DNA from: Octopus vulgaris
Taxonomy: Eukaryota
DNA: 64,000 nt
Assembly (NCBI GenBank): GCA_951406725.2
Contig: OX597818.1
Span: forward strand, 72,602,001 to 72,666,000
Reading direction: 5' to 3'
Shown piece after piece: positions 24,271-43,544 of this stretch. Each line of letters opens with the position of its first letter. Positions within the stretch are counted from its first letter, which is position 1. Made by a program: the position numbers and the translations under genes. Under the pieces are notes generated by a model. That model saw only the letters and a list, made by a program, of their open reading frames with translations. It was not told the origin of the DNA and ran no database searches.

Positions 24271-24796
24271 TGTGTGTGTGTGTGTGTTTGTGTAGATGTG
24301 TATGTGTGTATGCCTCCATGAGAGTAACGACTGTATTCCGCAAGCCTATATACTTCTGCGTGAGCTAGTAATGTCTCATGTATGTCTGTACAAATTTATA
24401 ATGTGAGTTTTTATATGTGTTATTGTGTATTTTGTGCGTATGCGTGTTTATGCGCGCATGCCTTTATCTTTCACCGATTACATATTTATGACGTATATTT
24501 TGAAGTTTGTTATGACGTATTAATGAACAAAATTCTAACTCATCTCTAGCGAATAAGGTTTTGCCTCTTTATTTGCCGTAAACGAATAACTGTAGAGAGA
24601 CAAGTTTTGGGTCATAATATTACCCACGTTTGATTACACGGCCACGTCACATCCTTCTTCCGTGAAGGGAGTAACTGCAGGAAGTGTCACACGCGTTTGT
24701 ACCTTATATTTTCGTCATCATATACATATATACAAACATACATACATACATACATACATACATACACACATATATATAATATATATATATTATATG

Positions 24797-24834
<38 letters not shown>

Positions 24835-24841
24835 CATACAT

Positions 24842-24872
<31 letters not shown>

Positions 24873-25429
24873 GATGGTCAAGTAGTTAGGTTTAAATTTT
24901 GATATCCTCGATCCGATCCCACTGCGTTCCAATGATTTTCCTGTACACAACCAGCTAAAGGCAAATCAAAAAGTGCATTATATTTTTATAAATGAATTCC
25001 ATTTTCTCTTTTTCTCATATGTTATATATTCGTCGAACACGAAAGAACTTCTGAAGTAAATCCACTGGTAATTATATCCATACATTTTGATGACATCATG
25101 TATCCGAAGGCAGAGAACCTGCTTTGAACGTACACTACCTGGTCATATTCAAATTTTAAATCATTATTTACATATATGTATGAAAATTACTGAGGAGTAT
25201 TACATTCTACATGAAATTTGCATGATAATGTAAGGTAACTCGCTCGCTGTGGGCAAGTTGTCTTCCCTTGTCACTTCAAATAGAACATTTTCTTCATGTA
25301 GCTAAACAGTCTGTGACTCTTATTTCTAGCAATGGCGGTGCTCACTGCACACTTGGTCACTTTTAGTGACGGTGAATTATTTCCATTTTGGTTTGAAATT
25401 GCCTCTAGCCACCTTAATTATTGTTATTG

Positions 25430-25503
<74 letters not shown>

Positions 25504-25517
25504 TATATATACATATA

Positions 25518-25577
<60 letters not shown>

Positions 25578-25590
25578 TGTATATATATGC

Positions 25591-25670
<80 letters not shown>

Positions 25671-26432
25671 GAATACGCATGATTTAGTGGTTAGTGCTGC
25701 ACTCACGATTGAAAGATAGTGGTTTCGATCCCCAAACTGGGCATTGTGTTGTGGTTTTGAATTCTTGAACAAAACACTTCATTTCCCGATTCCCTGCGAT
25801 CGTTTCGTCATATGACATGTCGCAGGTCATGCATGAGTACAGGTAATGTCACTTTAAGAAGGGAGTGGTGAGCTTATGTAAACACAGACATTTATTCAAT
25901 TTAAACAAATCAACTGCGTAGTCGTTCAGCAAGGACCTGATGAGCCAACATACATCATGATGTGTGAGTCATGATCTATCTATCTATCAATCTATCTATC
26001 TGTCTGTCTGTCTGTCTGTCTTAGTTTTGTACGTATATAATATGATATAATATAATATGATATAATATAATATAATATAATATAATATAATATATATATA
26101 TAAATATATCAACCTTAAAGTGTGGGTGCCATATGACTTGTTTGGTTAGGATCGTTTGAACCAAGATGAATCATGTAAAAATCGGGAAAGGGAATACAAA
26201 CAATGATTATGGGATATTAAGTCATATTACTGATGCCCCATGCTAATTTCTTTACGCCCGAATGAAGAAATTAATGAGAGGAAGCTTGGATAAATTTACT
26301 TGTATATAATTACGGACAATATGTAAACTGGAAGCATCCATTGAAAAATGCAAATATAACAAGGAAAAATTTACTGCATATCACAGTAAATCAATGTAGA
26401 AGATAAAAAGAAGTAGAGAAATAATAATAATA

Positions 26433-26577
26433 ATCCTTTCTACTAAAGGCACAAGGTCGAACATTTTGGAAACTAATCGATTACATCGACCCCAGTGTTT
26501 CGCTGGTACTTCATTTATTGACTCCGAAAGGATGAAAGGCGAACTCTACCTCAGCGGAATTTGAACTCAGAACGTAA
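26433..26577 (-). mobile_element. SINE fragment
   Basis: cgattacatcgaccccagtg...ggaatttgaactcagaacgt. Confidence 0.75.
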
Positions 26578-26584
26578 AATTTGC

Positions 26585-27070
26585 CCACACAGAATATGTT
26601 CCTTCTGGTCAAACTGTAAACCAGAAATTTTACTTGGCAGTTCTGAAGCGTTTGCGAGACGCAGTGAGACAAAAACGCCCGACCTGTGGCAAAGTGGAAA
26701 GTAAGGGTTTCATCATGACAATGCGACGTACCTGAACACCTCCCGCTTGACTGTGAGACAGTTTTTGACTAAAAATGGCATGATCCCATTTACTCATCCT
26801 GGCTATTCACCCGATCATGCTACCTGCAGCTTTTCTTGTTCTCCTGAATGAAAAAAGTCCATAAAAGAAAACGCTTTGCATATGTAGAAGAGGTGAAAAA
26901 AAACGACGGAAACGTTAAAAGGCATCACTTCGCAAGAGTTGCAGGACTCCTTCGAACAAAGGAAAGCGCATCTGGACCGGTTAATTCCATCAAACGGTAA
27001 AAGTGTAAACATGTAAAACTAAGTGAATAAAATAATATTGCAAAATTCCTGTTTCTTTTGTGTCCCCTTA
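26585..27070 (+). mobile_element. mariner transposase C-terminal remnant (DD34D type)
   Basis: GQTVNQKFYLAVLKRLRDAVRQKRP, HHDNA and HPGYSPD motifs. Confidence 0.85.
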
Positions 27071-27978
27071 CATACACACATACATGTTTATATATTAGTA
27101 TTGTAATACGTCCATTTACACAGATGCACATATACACGTAGAAGACAGATAGATAAATATTTCTTGTTAATGCTTGGGATATTAGCTCCAGCACATGTCT
27201 TTGCTTTAATATGTTCTACGTGTAACCATATTGTCTTTCGACCATTCTGCATTTACATCCATGTTACTGAATGCTTCCTCCCCCTCCTTTACGTGAGTAG
27301 TGGGGAATTGGCAAGAGATGTGACTGCTACACTGTTTAGGAAATTTCATTTGTTTGTGGCTGAGGCTTCGTATATCGAACTTTTCTTTCGACGCATACAA
27401 ATTAATGTGAAATTCAAAAATCTAAACATTTTTGAATTTTCATTTAGATCTATCCACAATTTAAACCGTAGTATACAGATGATATAATTTAGTTAAGTGT
27501 ATCTATTTTTGTGCATGGTGTAGTATGAAAATAAACTCACGTTTTATGGCTGATTGTAATTTAGATACGATCACGTGGTATATCTATTTGCCTTCATTAT
27601 TTCTCTGAAGCGCTTCACAGAAGTGCTTCTCTGAAGCGTAATTTTTAAAATTACGACTGCCACATCTTTCTTTTCAATTTGCTCTGTTATAATCAGGTCT
27701 GGCTTCATTGTTATTTGAATACGCTAAATCAAAATTAACGTTTGTGTGTAACGATATTGAAATGGCTTAAAAAGTCTCATAACAACCTACGCAAAGATAA
27801 GTAAATAGTCTTGGGAAAGAAAATGTTAAACAGGCGAAGAGAATTACAGATTATCAGCAAAATCTGAGCTAAATTTCTTCCATCTTTTATACTTTACTTG
27901 TTTTAGTCACTGGACCACAACAATGATGGGGTATTGCTGGAAGACTTTTGTCGAACAGATCTACCACAGTAATTATTG

Positions 27979-31400
<3,422 letters not shown>

Positions 31401-31629
31401 ATAAGGTAACTTTCGTCCCCATCGTCATCACCACTAATATTTTTCATTATTATCATTATTCTTTTTTCCTCTTTTTCTAGTGTCATATAATAAGTATACT
31501 TCCCTCCCTCTAATGTATACCGTGTATACTTTTTATTTCATAATTCCATTATATGTAAGCCCCCACACTTTATGTCTGTCTTTGTATTGTCCCCTCATCC
31601 TTCGCTCTGGTTGCAAATAAAAGAAATCA

Positions 31630-31961
31630 TCATCATAATTATTATAGACGTCACACAGTATACAATACCGTGAGGTTGGTGATTAAAGATATTGTCCTAC
31701 CGGGGGTTGTACTGTTTGTCAAGTCACAAGGACCTCAGGCAGACAGTACTTTACACAATATGTGTGCAGTTTCAAGTAATGACGATTTTGCAATACATCT
31801 AGATTGTAGTGTTTTCAGATGTTTTTTCATTGTGGTATTGAACACAATGCTCCGATGACAATTGCAACAACCCTTATGTTCAACTCACGTAGCTGCCACA
31901 TCTTAGCTATCTCAATTCTCAGATTTCCATATTTATCAACTTTTTCTTTCTCTCCTGATGA

Positions 31962-32034
<73 letters not shown>

Positions 32035-33770
32035 TTCATTGTCACCTTTCAAGTATGTTCCCATTTTTTGCCGAGTGTCTTCCTGACACCTAGGGCAGAG
32101 AAAGTGACTGTATACATTGGTAGGCCACCAAAACGTATTTTGCTTTGCTTTTGATTTAATCTTCCTTGCAACTACTGTTGCTGCACTTCCGTCATGCTGT
32201 TCAACCTGGGTATTATGTATAACCTCACATAAAAATATTTTGCTGTCATTCATAACAGAATGTTGCTTCTTACGACTTTCATGGTTTTTAACGAGCTTTA
32301 ACATCCAGTTGTTAAATGTTTTAAGACACTTTGCTAGTCCAATTGTGGTGGTTTTGTAGATTTCAAATTTGATCAAACCTCGACTCCTTGAGCTCTGGTT
32401 AGGTAAAGACGATCTATGTTGCCTTTGGCTGGTGCGTCGTATTGCAAGTCAGAAGTTTACGAATTTTCCTGTCAATGTTCCTTATTTCGCTCATATTCCA
32501 GTTCAACTCATTGAAACTATAAATAACAACCGGAACTCTTAAGGTATTTATAGCTAACACCTTGTTACGTGCATTTAACTCGGATTTTAGGACTGCTCGA
32601 TCCCTCCTGTAACACGCCTTCCTGATCCTCTCTTCCATACTTGCATGCTGAATGCTACAGTCCTCATTTATTCCTAGGTATTTGTAAGGTTAGTCATTGA
32701 TATTTCACCTGTCATTATTTCAATCTGTTTTTCAATGTAACTTTCTAAATTCGAAATTCTTCCCAGGATTGTATTTCTTTTTTTTTTCAGAGGCATGCAA
32801 CTGATTTCAATTTTCTTAGCAGCAGCGTAGATAATTTTATTTAATTCAGTGAGATCTGGTTTTAGTTCCTGTATAATTTCCTTTGTTACATAATTTCCAA
32901 TTTTAATTTGTTTTCTATTTTAGATTGTATTTTAGAGCTTATGAAGGATCTCTATCATGCATATTGGCATGACTTACAACTGCAAGCTTATTCAGGGTTT
33001 CTTGCTTCATTTCTGTCATAGTCCCTCTATGTTCTTCAGTAGTCTTCAAATATTGTTTCCTTTCCACTTTCCTTGTTATCTTTATCAGGTTTACTACAAT
33101 TTATTTCTTCAGACGTTTGCGTGTTCTGGTCAGATGGCAGAGTTGGTCTTTTTGTCTGGTTCTTCCTTTCCTTTCTGTCTTACATTTAAGTCATCTTCCA
33201 CTGCGTGCTTGATCACGATTATTTCACTCTCTGTGAGTCTTTTATTTCTAAAGAAATCCCTCCTAAAATTTGCTAACTTATTTTCGTCTAAATATAGTCT
33301 GCTGTCTTGATTTCGTGTTCTGCATATTTAATAAGAGTGTGCGGTATGTTTCTCTTCAGATGTCCTGTCTAAAGCAAAGTAACAGGCGTATATTACTTCT
33401 GTATACTCTTCTCGGATCCATTTGATCCTCTTACAATTTTCTTTCTATGGTGAGTGCATTGGTGGAATTGGAGGGCTCGAGTTGGGGCAGTTGAGGTTGA
33501 AGTGACCATCCAGGTTCGTATTCAGAGAAAAGTTTGTGCCAGTGTATGACTTTTCAAACGCAGGCTGGCTTTCTCCTGGGGGACGCGCTTCCATATTAAC
33601 AATAGGATAAGCAATTTGGTGTACTGTTTTAGTTTTTGTGTTTGATTCGTTAGACATATTTGTGTTAACTTAAAATATTAGTATTTAACCATTTATTGTG
33701 CCAGAGGTAGAGACGGTTGTTGTCCCTGCAACTAATATCGATTCCGCTATTAATATCGTTACAGTTACTT
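31630..33770 (-). mobile_element. Internally deleted R4/Dong-type LINE
   Basis: N-term WIREEYTEVIYACYFAL, KYLG...SELNARNKVLAINTL.VPV, C-term EKVDKYGNLRIEIAKMW...IVIGAL. An (ATT)n tract lies at 31962-32032. Confidence 0.8.
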
Positions 33771-33799
33771 TAACTGCTTTTACAGCAATAATAATTATT

Positions 33800-34210
33800 A
33801 TTGATTGAGAGAGCAGTAGTGTGGGAACATCATATCCATGTATTGAGAGTAATTATTTAGAGTTTAAATAATTTATGTGTGTAAACATTGGTGTTTCATT
33901 CAACATCCTCAAACAACCCTCATTCAAGGACCATTTGAACGAGATAGGCTACTTGACCTGACGAAAATTCTAACTAATACAAAGTCACGCGATGTTAATC
34001 TTAATATGAGGTCCCCATGTGATTGTTATGCATGTGCCTGGTGTACCCTTATCAGACATGTTCAACTGGTTGAGGCCAAACATTTGACAAACAAACCTGT
34101 GGTATTCAGCAGAATATTTACAGTAGCCATCTTTTATACCAAGAAAAACAATGTACATGTTAACAATTCCAAAACTAGAAGCTATGAGAGCCAGTGCCTG
34201 GTACGGCATC
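33800..34210 (-). mobile_element. Rearranged copy of a (TAA)n-associated non-coding element
   Basis: Homologous to 34292-34800 and 52891-53340, with the middle segment inverted. Confidence 0.65.
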
Positions 34211-34211
34211 A

Positions 34212-34291
<80 letters not shown>

Positions 34292-34293
<2 letters not shown>

Positions 34294-34800
34294 GAGCGAG
34301 AGAGCAGTGCATGCCATCAAAGCGACACTGGGATTAAATATACGAAGCCCAGTATACCCATCATGACTACCTGTCTGATAAGGGTACACCAGGCACATTC
34401 ATCACAACCATATGTGCACGACATGGTGATCTCATACCAAGATAAACAGCACCTGACTTTGCAGGTAGGGCTCAGTTAGAATTTTCTTCTGGTCAAGTAG
34501 TCTATCCCGCTCAAAAGGTCCTTGAATAAGGATTGTTTAAGGATGTCGATCAAACCACCCATGTTTCGAAAGGTAAATTGTTCAAACCTGTAAGATTTCC
34601 TCTCAACACACGGCTATGATGCTGTCCCACTACTCCTGCTTGTGATCAGAGATGCACATATCGTCAGCCACTAAGTTACATACTCAACATGTTAAGGTCA
34701 AACAACTGTGGTTTTGAGCAGAATATTTGCTGTAGCCCAACTTTTATACCAAGACAAAACAATGTACATCATAACTTCCAATCAGTTAAGATCAGAAGCC
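34292..34800 (-). mobile_element. ~500-bp (TAA)n-associated non-coding element (LINE 3' UTR or SINE-like)
   Basis: Reverse complement of 52891-53340. Ends ...gcactgctctctcgctcaataataat. Confidence 0.8.
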
Positions 34801-34830
34801 ATTATTATTATTAATATATCATCATCATCA

Positions 34831-34973
34831 TTCTTCTTCTTCTTCTTCTTCTTCTTCTTCTTCTTCTTCTTCTTCTTCTTCTTCTTCTTCTTCTTCTTCT
34901 TCTTCTTCTTCTTCTTCTTCTTCTTCTTCTTCTTCTTCTTCTTCTTCTTCTTCTTCTTCTTCTTCTTCTTCTT

Positions 34974-35003
<30 letters not shown>
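34831..35003. repeat. (TTC)n microsatellite
   Basis: Perfect trinucleotide run. Confidence 0.98.
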
Positions 35004-35004
<1 letters not shown>

Positions 35005-35024
35005 TTATTATTATTATTATTATC

Positions 35025-36778
<1,754 letters not shown>

Positions 36779-36843
36779 TACAGAATTTATTTAGAGAATG
36801 TAAATATCAGCACTGCTTAACAAAACCGTCCACACTTAAACGT

Positions 36844-36884
<41 letters not shown>

Positions 36885-37804
36885 CACGCACACACACATG
36901 TTCGTACAAATACATACAACTATCGAAACCCTGAATTTTGCTCTATTTGGCCAGGCGTGTATGATAAACGTCGTCGTATACGAAGCTGAAGTTGCAAACA
37001 AATCGTTTGAAAAGAAGGATTACATCAGATTATGTTAGAGCAAATCCAAGAGACGTTTTGCAAACCACCTATCTTCTTTTCAGCACATCAATAAAGGTAA
37101 TGCAACTGTGTTGGCTAACTACGTATGGAATTTCAAGAGTAGCTCCACATTACATACAACCAAGTAGAGAAATCCAAGCTATATGTTAATGTAACTTATT
37201 CGTAGCAGAACGATCTCATATTCTTCTTCGATCCAGCAATTCTTACATGCTGCTTAATTCGAGATCTGGAACTTTTAGCAGGTTTAGACGCATGGACAGG
37301 TTTTTATCGAAGTGGAGGACACCACTCGCTCCTGATTGAGTTGCTGTCTTGCATACTTTGACATATATTTTGTTATTTAGCTCTAAACCAGTTGTATTCA
37401 ATGAGCGTTCTGTAATCAAGGAAAACGAGAATCTTAGGTCTTGATTTCGTTTCTTTCTTCTCGTTCCATTTTTTAAAACAAAATTCTTCACGTTTTTTCC
37501 ACGTTTTGTTTCTTCTTTTCTTATTGTCCAGTGTCCTTGTTTTAAAGAAATACGTATATATAACGCATAAGCAGAGCCTGAAAGGTTGCTTTAAGATACA
37601 TGGCGTATTTTAGAAATATGCTTGTTCATGTATCATAATAGTATGAAACTATTAGCAGAGTTTTCGGTTGTATATCTATATGTAAGAGGCGGGTTTTTCA
37701 AATTACATAGCCTCATAGTGTGAGGCATTTACGTGTAGTAATGCCCTTGGTATAATAAATTAACACACACGAACACAAACACGCGCATACACACATGCAC
37801 ACAC

Positions 37805-37886
<82 letters not shown>

Positions 37887-39884
37887 ATATAATATAATAT
37901 AATATAATATAAGGGTAAATAATTATAAATTTTAAAAAACCAACAATTATTTTCGGGTAGATTTCGGTATGTAAATATAACCATTATCGGTAGGAACTTT
38001 TTTTATAGAACTTTATTTATATATATATATGTGTGTGTATGAGTGTGTGTGTTCATGTATCAGTGTTTTTCTACGTATATTATATGTTTTTGTGAGTGTA
38101 TGTTAGTGTATATCACATCTTGTGTAAATAGGCAGCATTAACATTTCGTGTTCAACTGTTTAGTGTGAGTGAAAGATCACTTATGAAAAACTTTTCTAAT
38201 AATTTATCAAATATTAATGTTTGTAGTAAAATTTTTTACTTATGTCCACATGACATAACATAGGAATCCTTTGAAAAGCGCCGAGCACTATATTGTCAAT
38301 AATCATTTCCTATATATTTTACTTGTGAATATTGACTTGCCGATAAATCACATCAGCACTCAGCAATGCTATTAAATCTATCGTTTTTGCAACTGTTCTA
38401 TGGAATTCATCTTGACAAACTCATAAATTCTTACTGTTCAAAAGAGGCAAATTGAAACCATTCTTGATTTAGGAGAATCGAGGAAATTACTTTACCTGTT
38501 TTGGATTGTTTAAGTCTCAGTAAATACTTCTGATATCATTAAGGCTGGCTATGATTAACAATGAAACTGGGCGAGGAGATATTACGATGTCTGCTATACT
38601 CGTGACACTATCGCAGGCCAAGTGGTAAATATGATTAATAGAGAAAGTTATGAAGTATTTTGCTGCCATTTAAGTTGACAAATGGGAAGCCAACATTAAA
38701 ATTATAGAATTGATTTATTGTATAGTTAGAAGTCTAGAAATACTTAGTAGAATAATCTATGCAAAGTGATGAACGTAGTAAATGACTGGTATTACCTTTA
38801 TTAACACTGAAGGGTTGGCAATAAATTCAATGCAACCACTGTATGAACTGTGGAAGTTGAGCGATGAAATATAATATTAAATGTGAAATAATCGTTGCAA
38901 CCGAGAACCGTTACTGTTTCTATTACTGGATTATAATAACAACGATATTTGAAGTAATTGTTGTTTATATTATTCAGATAGAGAATAATTCTCATAATTT
39001 AATCTATGTTGTGAAAATCGGAGAGATTCTGTAGAAACCATATTATTTTGTTTTAAATAATACCTCTGTTGTCCATCAACCAATTAGAAGTTTCCATTCT
39101 GACGAAGTTTCCATTCTGACTTATATTTGTAACTTTAAGTACTTTGAGCCAAGTCTAGTTCAGTAATTCTTGTTGAGTGATTTGTTTTGCGAAATACTTT
39201 CTTATTCACTTTCATTCCTTCATTATTAAATTCCATCTAATTTCAGCAGCGCGCACCTGCTATATTATATTCACGCATTTCGCAATTTGACCACTTCAGA
39301 TAATTCATATAACTTTGATGTCATTTTCGTAATTTTACTGTGCATATAGTGATGAGACTTGTCACAGGAAACATTGCAAACTTTCCGAATAGATAAATAC
39401 AGTAATTGTATCAAATAAAGGATTCCAAGTCTTATATGCTGCTTATCTACCATACTCTACAATCCAATAATCCACATGATCCAGTACCTGTGAAACACTT
39501 ATATAATATCTTTACCTATACAAGGCAACCATACAAGTCACGACTGAGAAATAGATTGTTTTACACACAATGAATGCATTCAGTATTTGCTTCAATTAAG
39601 CTGCTTATATGCGGTCATTTGACAAGCTAGAAATACTTACCAAATCTACTTCAAATTGTTCAATATCATTTATAAAGACTGAAGTGCGTTTCAGAGTATA
39701 TTCTCTTAGATCGATATGTAAGGAGAATGACATGGATACGGTTAAATGACTTTCGATGAATATATTCGGTGGATCATGGCTGATCTGAGTTTAAACAATA
39801 GCAACAATCAATTCGCATTCATTTGTAGTTGTAACCAAGATTTAGTTGCTGCAAAAATCAGCCCACGTGAATCTAAGAGCAGAT

Positions 39885-39932
<48 letters not shown>

Positions 39933-40249
39933 CATTCTGCTTGTAAAATGCAAATAATTTTAAAACCCAAATGAAACTTTTTTTAGAAAGGTTGAATGAA
40001 AGATATGTCAAGGATTTTAATTGAAAAAAAAAATTTAAAAAAACACTAAGAATAATTTTATATCTCTTTTAAGATATAACGTATACACTTTGAAATACTC
40101 CAATAAGTAGTTCAAATGTATTTTCAATCCTTAGTGGATAATTTAAAAGTAAGTTTGATAAACCTTCATATCTGTTTGTTAAATGTATATTAGTTCTAAA
40201 ATATTTCAAGGAAATTTATTGCTTAAAATGAGAGGTTAATATATCTGCT

Positions 40250-40615
40250 AGCTCGCAGAATCGTTACCACGCCTGAAAAACTACTTAGCGGCATTTTGTC
40301 AAATTCTGCCGAGATCGGCGTTGCCATTCATTCTTGCGGGGTCGATAAAATAAGTACCACTTGAGCGCTGGGGTTGATTTAATCGACTTATGTATCCACT
40401 GAGACTGCTGGCTTTGTGCCAAAATTTGAAACAAGCCTATGTGCTAGTCAAAACAGCGAGCTAGCAGAATTGTTTCGTCTGTCTTTAAGTCCTGAGTTCA
40501 AATGCTTCTGAGGTCGACGTTCAGAGTGGATAAAAGTAGTCATTTGAGCGCTCTGGTCGATGTAATCGGCTTAACCCGTTTTCCGAAATTGCTTGCCTTG
40601 TTTCAAAATTTGAAA
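40250..40615 (+). mobile_element. Two tandem SINE copies
   Basis: Each has a gcagaat head, aaattctgccgag/gagttcaaat, and an aaaatttgaaa tail. Confidence 0.7.
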
Positions 40616-41591
40616 TCAGAAAATTTAGTCATTTGTAAAAATTGTGTGAATTTATTACGACCTCTTGAAAATTCAAAATGCAAAGATTCAGAAAATATAA
40701 TTGGCAGAGTTTGTCTGATTCCATAGAAAATAATACAGTATTATGTGACATTTAAACCTACTACTTTCATCTTCTTACCCAACTTTGTAATTTTCTCCAA
40801 AATATAGAATCCTCTATTGCAATTTTGCTTTTTAAGTGTTATAATGTAAACCACAGTTAGAAACTTCGCACAGCGGATTGGTAGAGCCGTAAGAGAATCG
40901 GATAGAATGTATCACAGTATTTATCCAGTCATTCTACGAGCCTATTTCAAATTCAACTCAGGTCATCTTTGCATTTCATACCTTTGAGAGTTATAAAAAT
41001 GCCAACTGTGGGTTGGTGCAAGTGAGTATACAAATATGCCTTATGTTATCGCTACTGTCTCCTTGCGTTCTAGATAACAATATCTGAAAAGACTCTGGTG
41101 TCAAATTTTATCGGCCCAGGGCAGTGGCTTCTTCTGGTATGCGTGAAGAATTGTAAATGTTCTTTACAATATCGTGACCAGCTCTGAACGTACACATGTA
41201 GATTAGTGGTTACCTTTAACTGATGGAGGCCCAATATAGTTTAACACATATACAAAAAAATTACCATCTGGGAATTATACCATCTGAGGCTGTTATGGTA
41301 TTGATATAATTAGCAAACGCTGATCTCGGATTTTCTATGAAGAGGAAGATGAAATGATCGCATAAGTAAACAAATATGATATAAGAAGAATTGATAATGT
41401 TGCTGTGCAATCTACTGATTAGGTCAAATTTGTAAGTGTTGTTCTTATTGCATCTAAACTATGTTGTAATATGTTTTCATATTACATATATAAATAATAC
41501 AGATAGATAGTATGTAAAGAGATGGATAACATGTAAAGAGACACATAGGTAGAGAGATAAGTATATGCGTATATATATATGTGTGTGTGTG

Positions 41592-41708
<117 letters not shown>

Positions 41709-41957
41709 TGTACAATAATTTCATGAATCAATATATATATTTATATATAAATACGAAGCTGATGTATTTCATCTCCAAAACATAAGAGATAATCAATTGA
41801 AAGCGAAATTAGCGGCTGTAGAGTACCGCTCTTTCAACACTAACCAGTGTCTTCATGTAATTTGGTAATGGCTCTCTTTTAACGGTTCTTATTATATAAG
41901 TCAGTAATGAGTTGATATATCAATATTATATAAAAGGAATTATCACATCAGGTATAA

Positions 41958-42100
41958 TGCTTAGCGGCATTTCATCCATATTTACATTCTGAGTTCAAAT
42001 TCTGCCGAGGTCTTTACTTTTTATCCTTTCAGCTTCGATAAAATAAGGCTCAGTTGAACATTGAGTACTAGGTGGCCTTGTGCCAAAATTTGGAACCAGT
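41958..42100 (+). mobile_element. SINE fragment
   Basis: atgcttagcggcattt...ctgagttcaaattctgccgagg...gccttgtgccaaaattt. Confidence 0.7.
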
Positions 42101-42502
42101 ATCATCTACAAGGGAATATAACGAACTAATCTTTAATAGGTGGACAATATTCTGAGTAGACACTTGGTTAAAAATCATTGTCAAAAGAGTATCCAAATTC
42201 ATTGCAGTAATTACTAATATATGCAGATAAAAGTAATTCAGATAAAAGTAATTACTAATATATGCAAATAAAAGTAATAAAACTGCGGTAAAAGTAACTC
42301 ATTCTTCTATAGGCACAAAGCTTGATTTTATTTTTCTCAAGCACGATGCTCAGTGATATTTATTTAGCCGACTCACCTAAATGTTGAAAGTCAAGATGGA
42401 CCTAGGTGGAATTTGAACACTGAACGTAAAGCAAGAAGAAATTCTATTTAGTGTTTTATTCGGCGTGTGCAAGTCTTTACTATTGTCAGTGAATTTTTTT
42501 TT

Positions 42503-43425
42503 ATCTTTTCCCTTTGAACGGCAGATCGAGAAATTTATTTTTTGTAACTAAACATTTTCAAACTTCGGACACTGTTAGAATGTGTCATATAAAACATCTT
42601 TTACTCTTAGTATTGTTGTAATTTCAACCAATCAATGACGTGTATTCAGCTGAATAAAATTACTGCTGTTGTTTGTCAACAACAACTATCGGCGGTGTAT
42701 ATTTCGTTTGTCACTGTTATTTATGACATCGTTCGTGCGTTTGTACTGGTTTTAGCTTTAGTATTTTAGGGTTAGGGTTTTAGGGTTAGGTTTTAGGGTT
42801 AGGGTTTTATGGTTAGGGTTTAGGGTTAAGGGTTAGGGTTAGGGTTAGGGTTAGGGTTTTATGGTTAAGGTTAGGGTTAAAGTTTTAGGGTTAGGGTTTT
42901 AGGGTTAGGGTTAAGGTTGAGGCTTTAGGGTTAGGGTTGGGATTTTAGGGATAGAGTTACGGAAGAAGTGAAAAATGAAGAAATTGGAGGAGGAGCAAAA
43001 AAGTATTTCCGAAAATAGTAGCTGAAAAACAAGAAAAAAAAAACCCAACTAAAAGCAGTAGAAATGCAAGAACGATTATGGTGGTGCCATGAAGTAAAAA
43101 TGCTTCAGATGCACTCGTTTATTTATACAAACGTAACTGAGATGAAATATAACATAAATAATTGTAACAAACAAAATATACACTACTGGAAGTTGTTGAC
43201 AAACAACAGCAGTAATTTTATTCAGCTGAATACACGTCATTGATTGGTTGAAATTACTGAAATACTACAACTTTAACACGAAATAACTTTGAAAATAGAA
43301 ACTTTTCTCAACACCGCTAAGAGTAATATATATTTTATATGAAACATTCTAACAGTGTCCGAAGTTTGAAATGTTTAGTTACAAAAAATAAATTTCTCGA
43401 TCTGCGGTTCAAAGGGAAAAGATCC
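42503..43425. mobile_element. Non-autonomous DNA transposon/MITE with ~220-bp TIRs and internal telomeric repeats
   Basis: atcttttccctttgaacggcagatcgagaaattt... at 42503 is the reverse complement of ...aaatttctcgatctgcggttcaaagggaaaagat at 43423. The arms continue to ~42720 and ~43150. Confidence 0.85.
42766..42950 (+). repeat. Interstitial degenerate (TTAGGG)n tract
   Basis: Roughly 25-30 TTAGGG/TTTTAGGG/TTAAGG units. Confidence 0.92.
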
Positions 43426-43509
43426 TTTATTTGAATTACAGCAATGCAACTTTGCAACAAAATTGCAAACAAGCTGTATCTAAATAGGGAAAAAAGTCGG
43501 ATAATCAAT

Positions 43510-43544
<35 letters not shown>

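Noticed and set aside
39270-39500. Possible minus-strand exon after tttcacag
   Set aside because: All three frames stop within ~45 nt and there is no supporting neighbouring exon.
42766-42950. True chromosome end or fusion site
   Set aside because: The tract is short, degenerate, in a single orientation and enclosed by TIRs.
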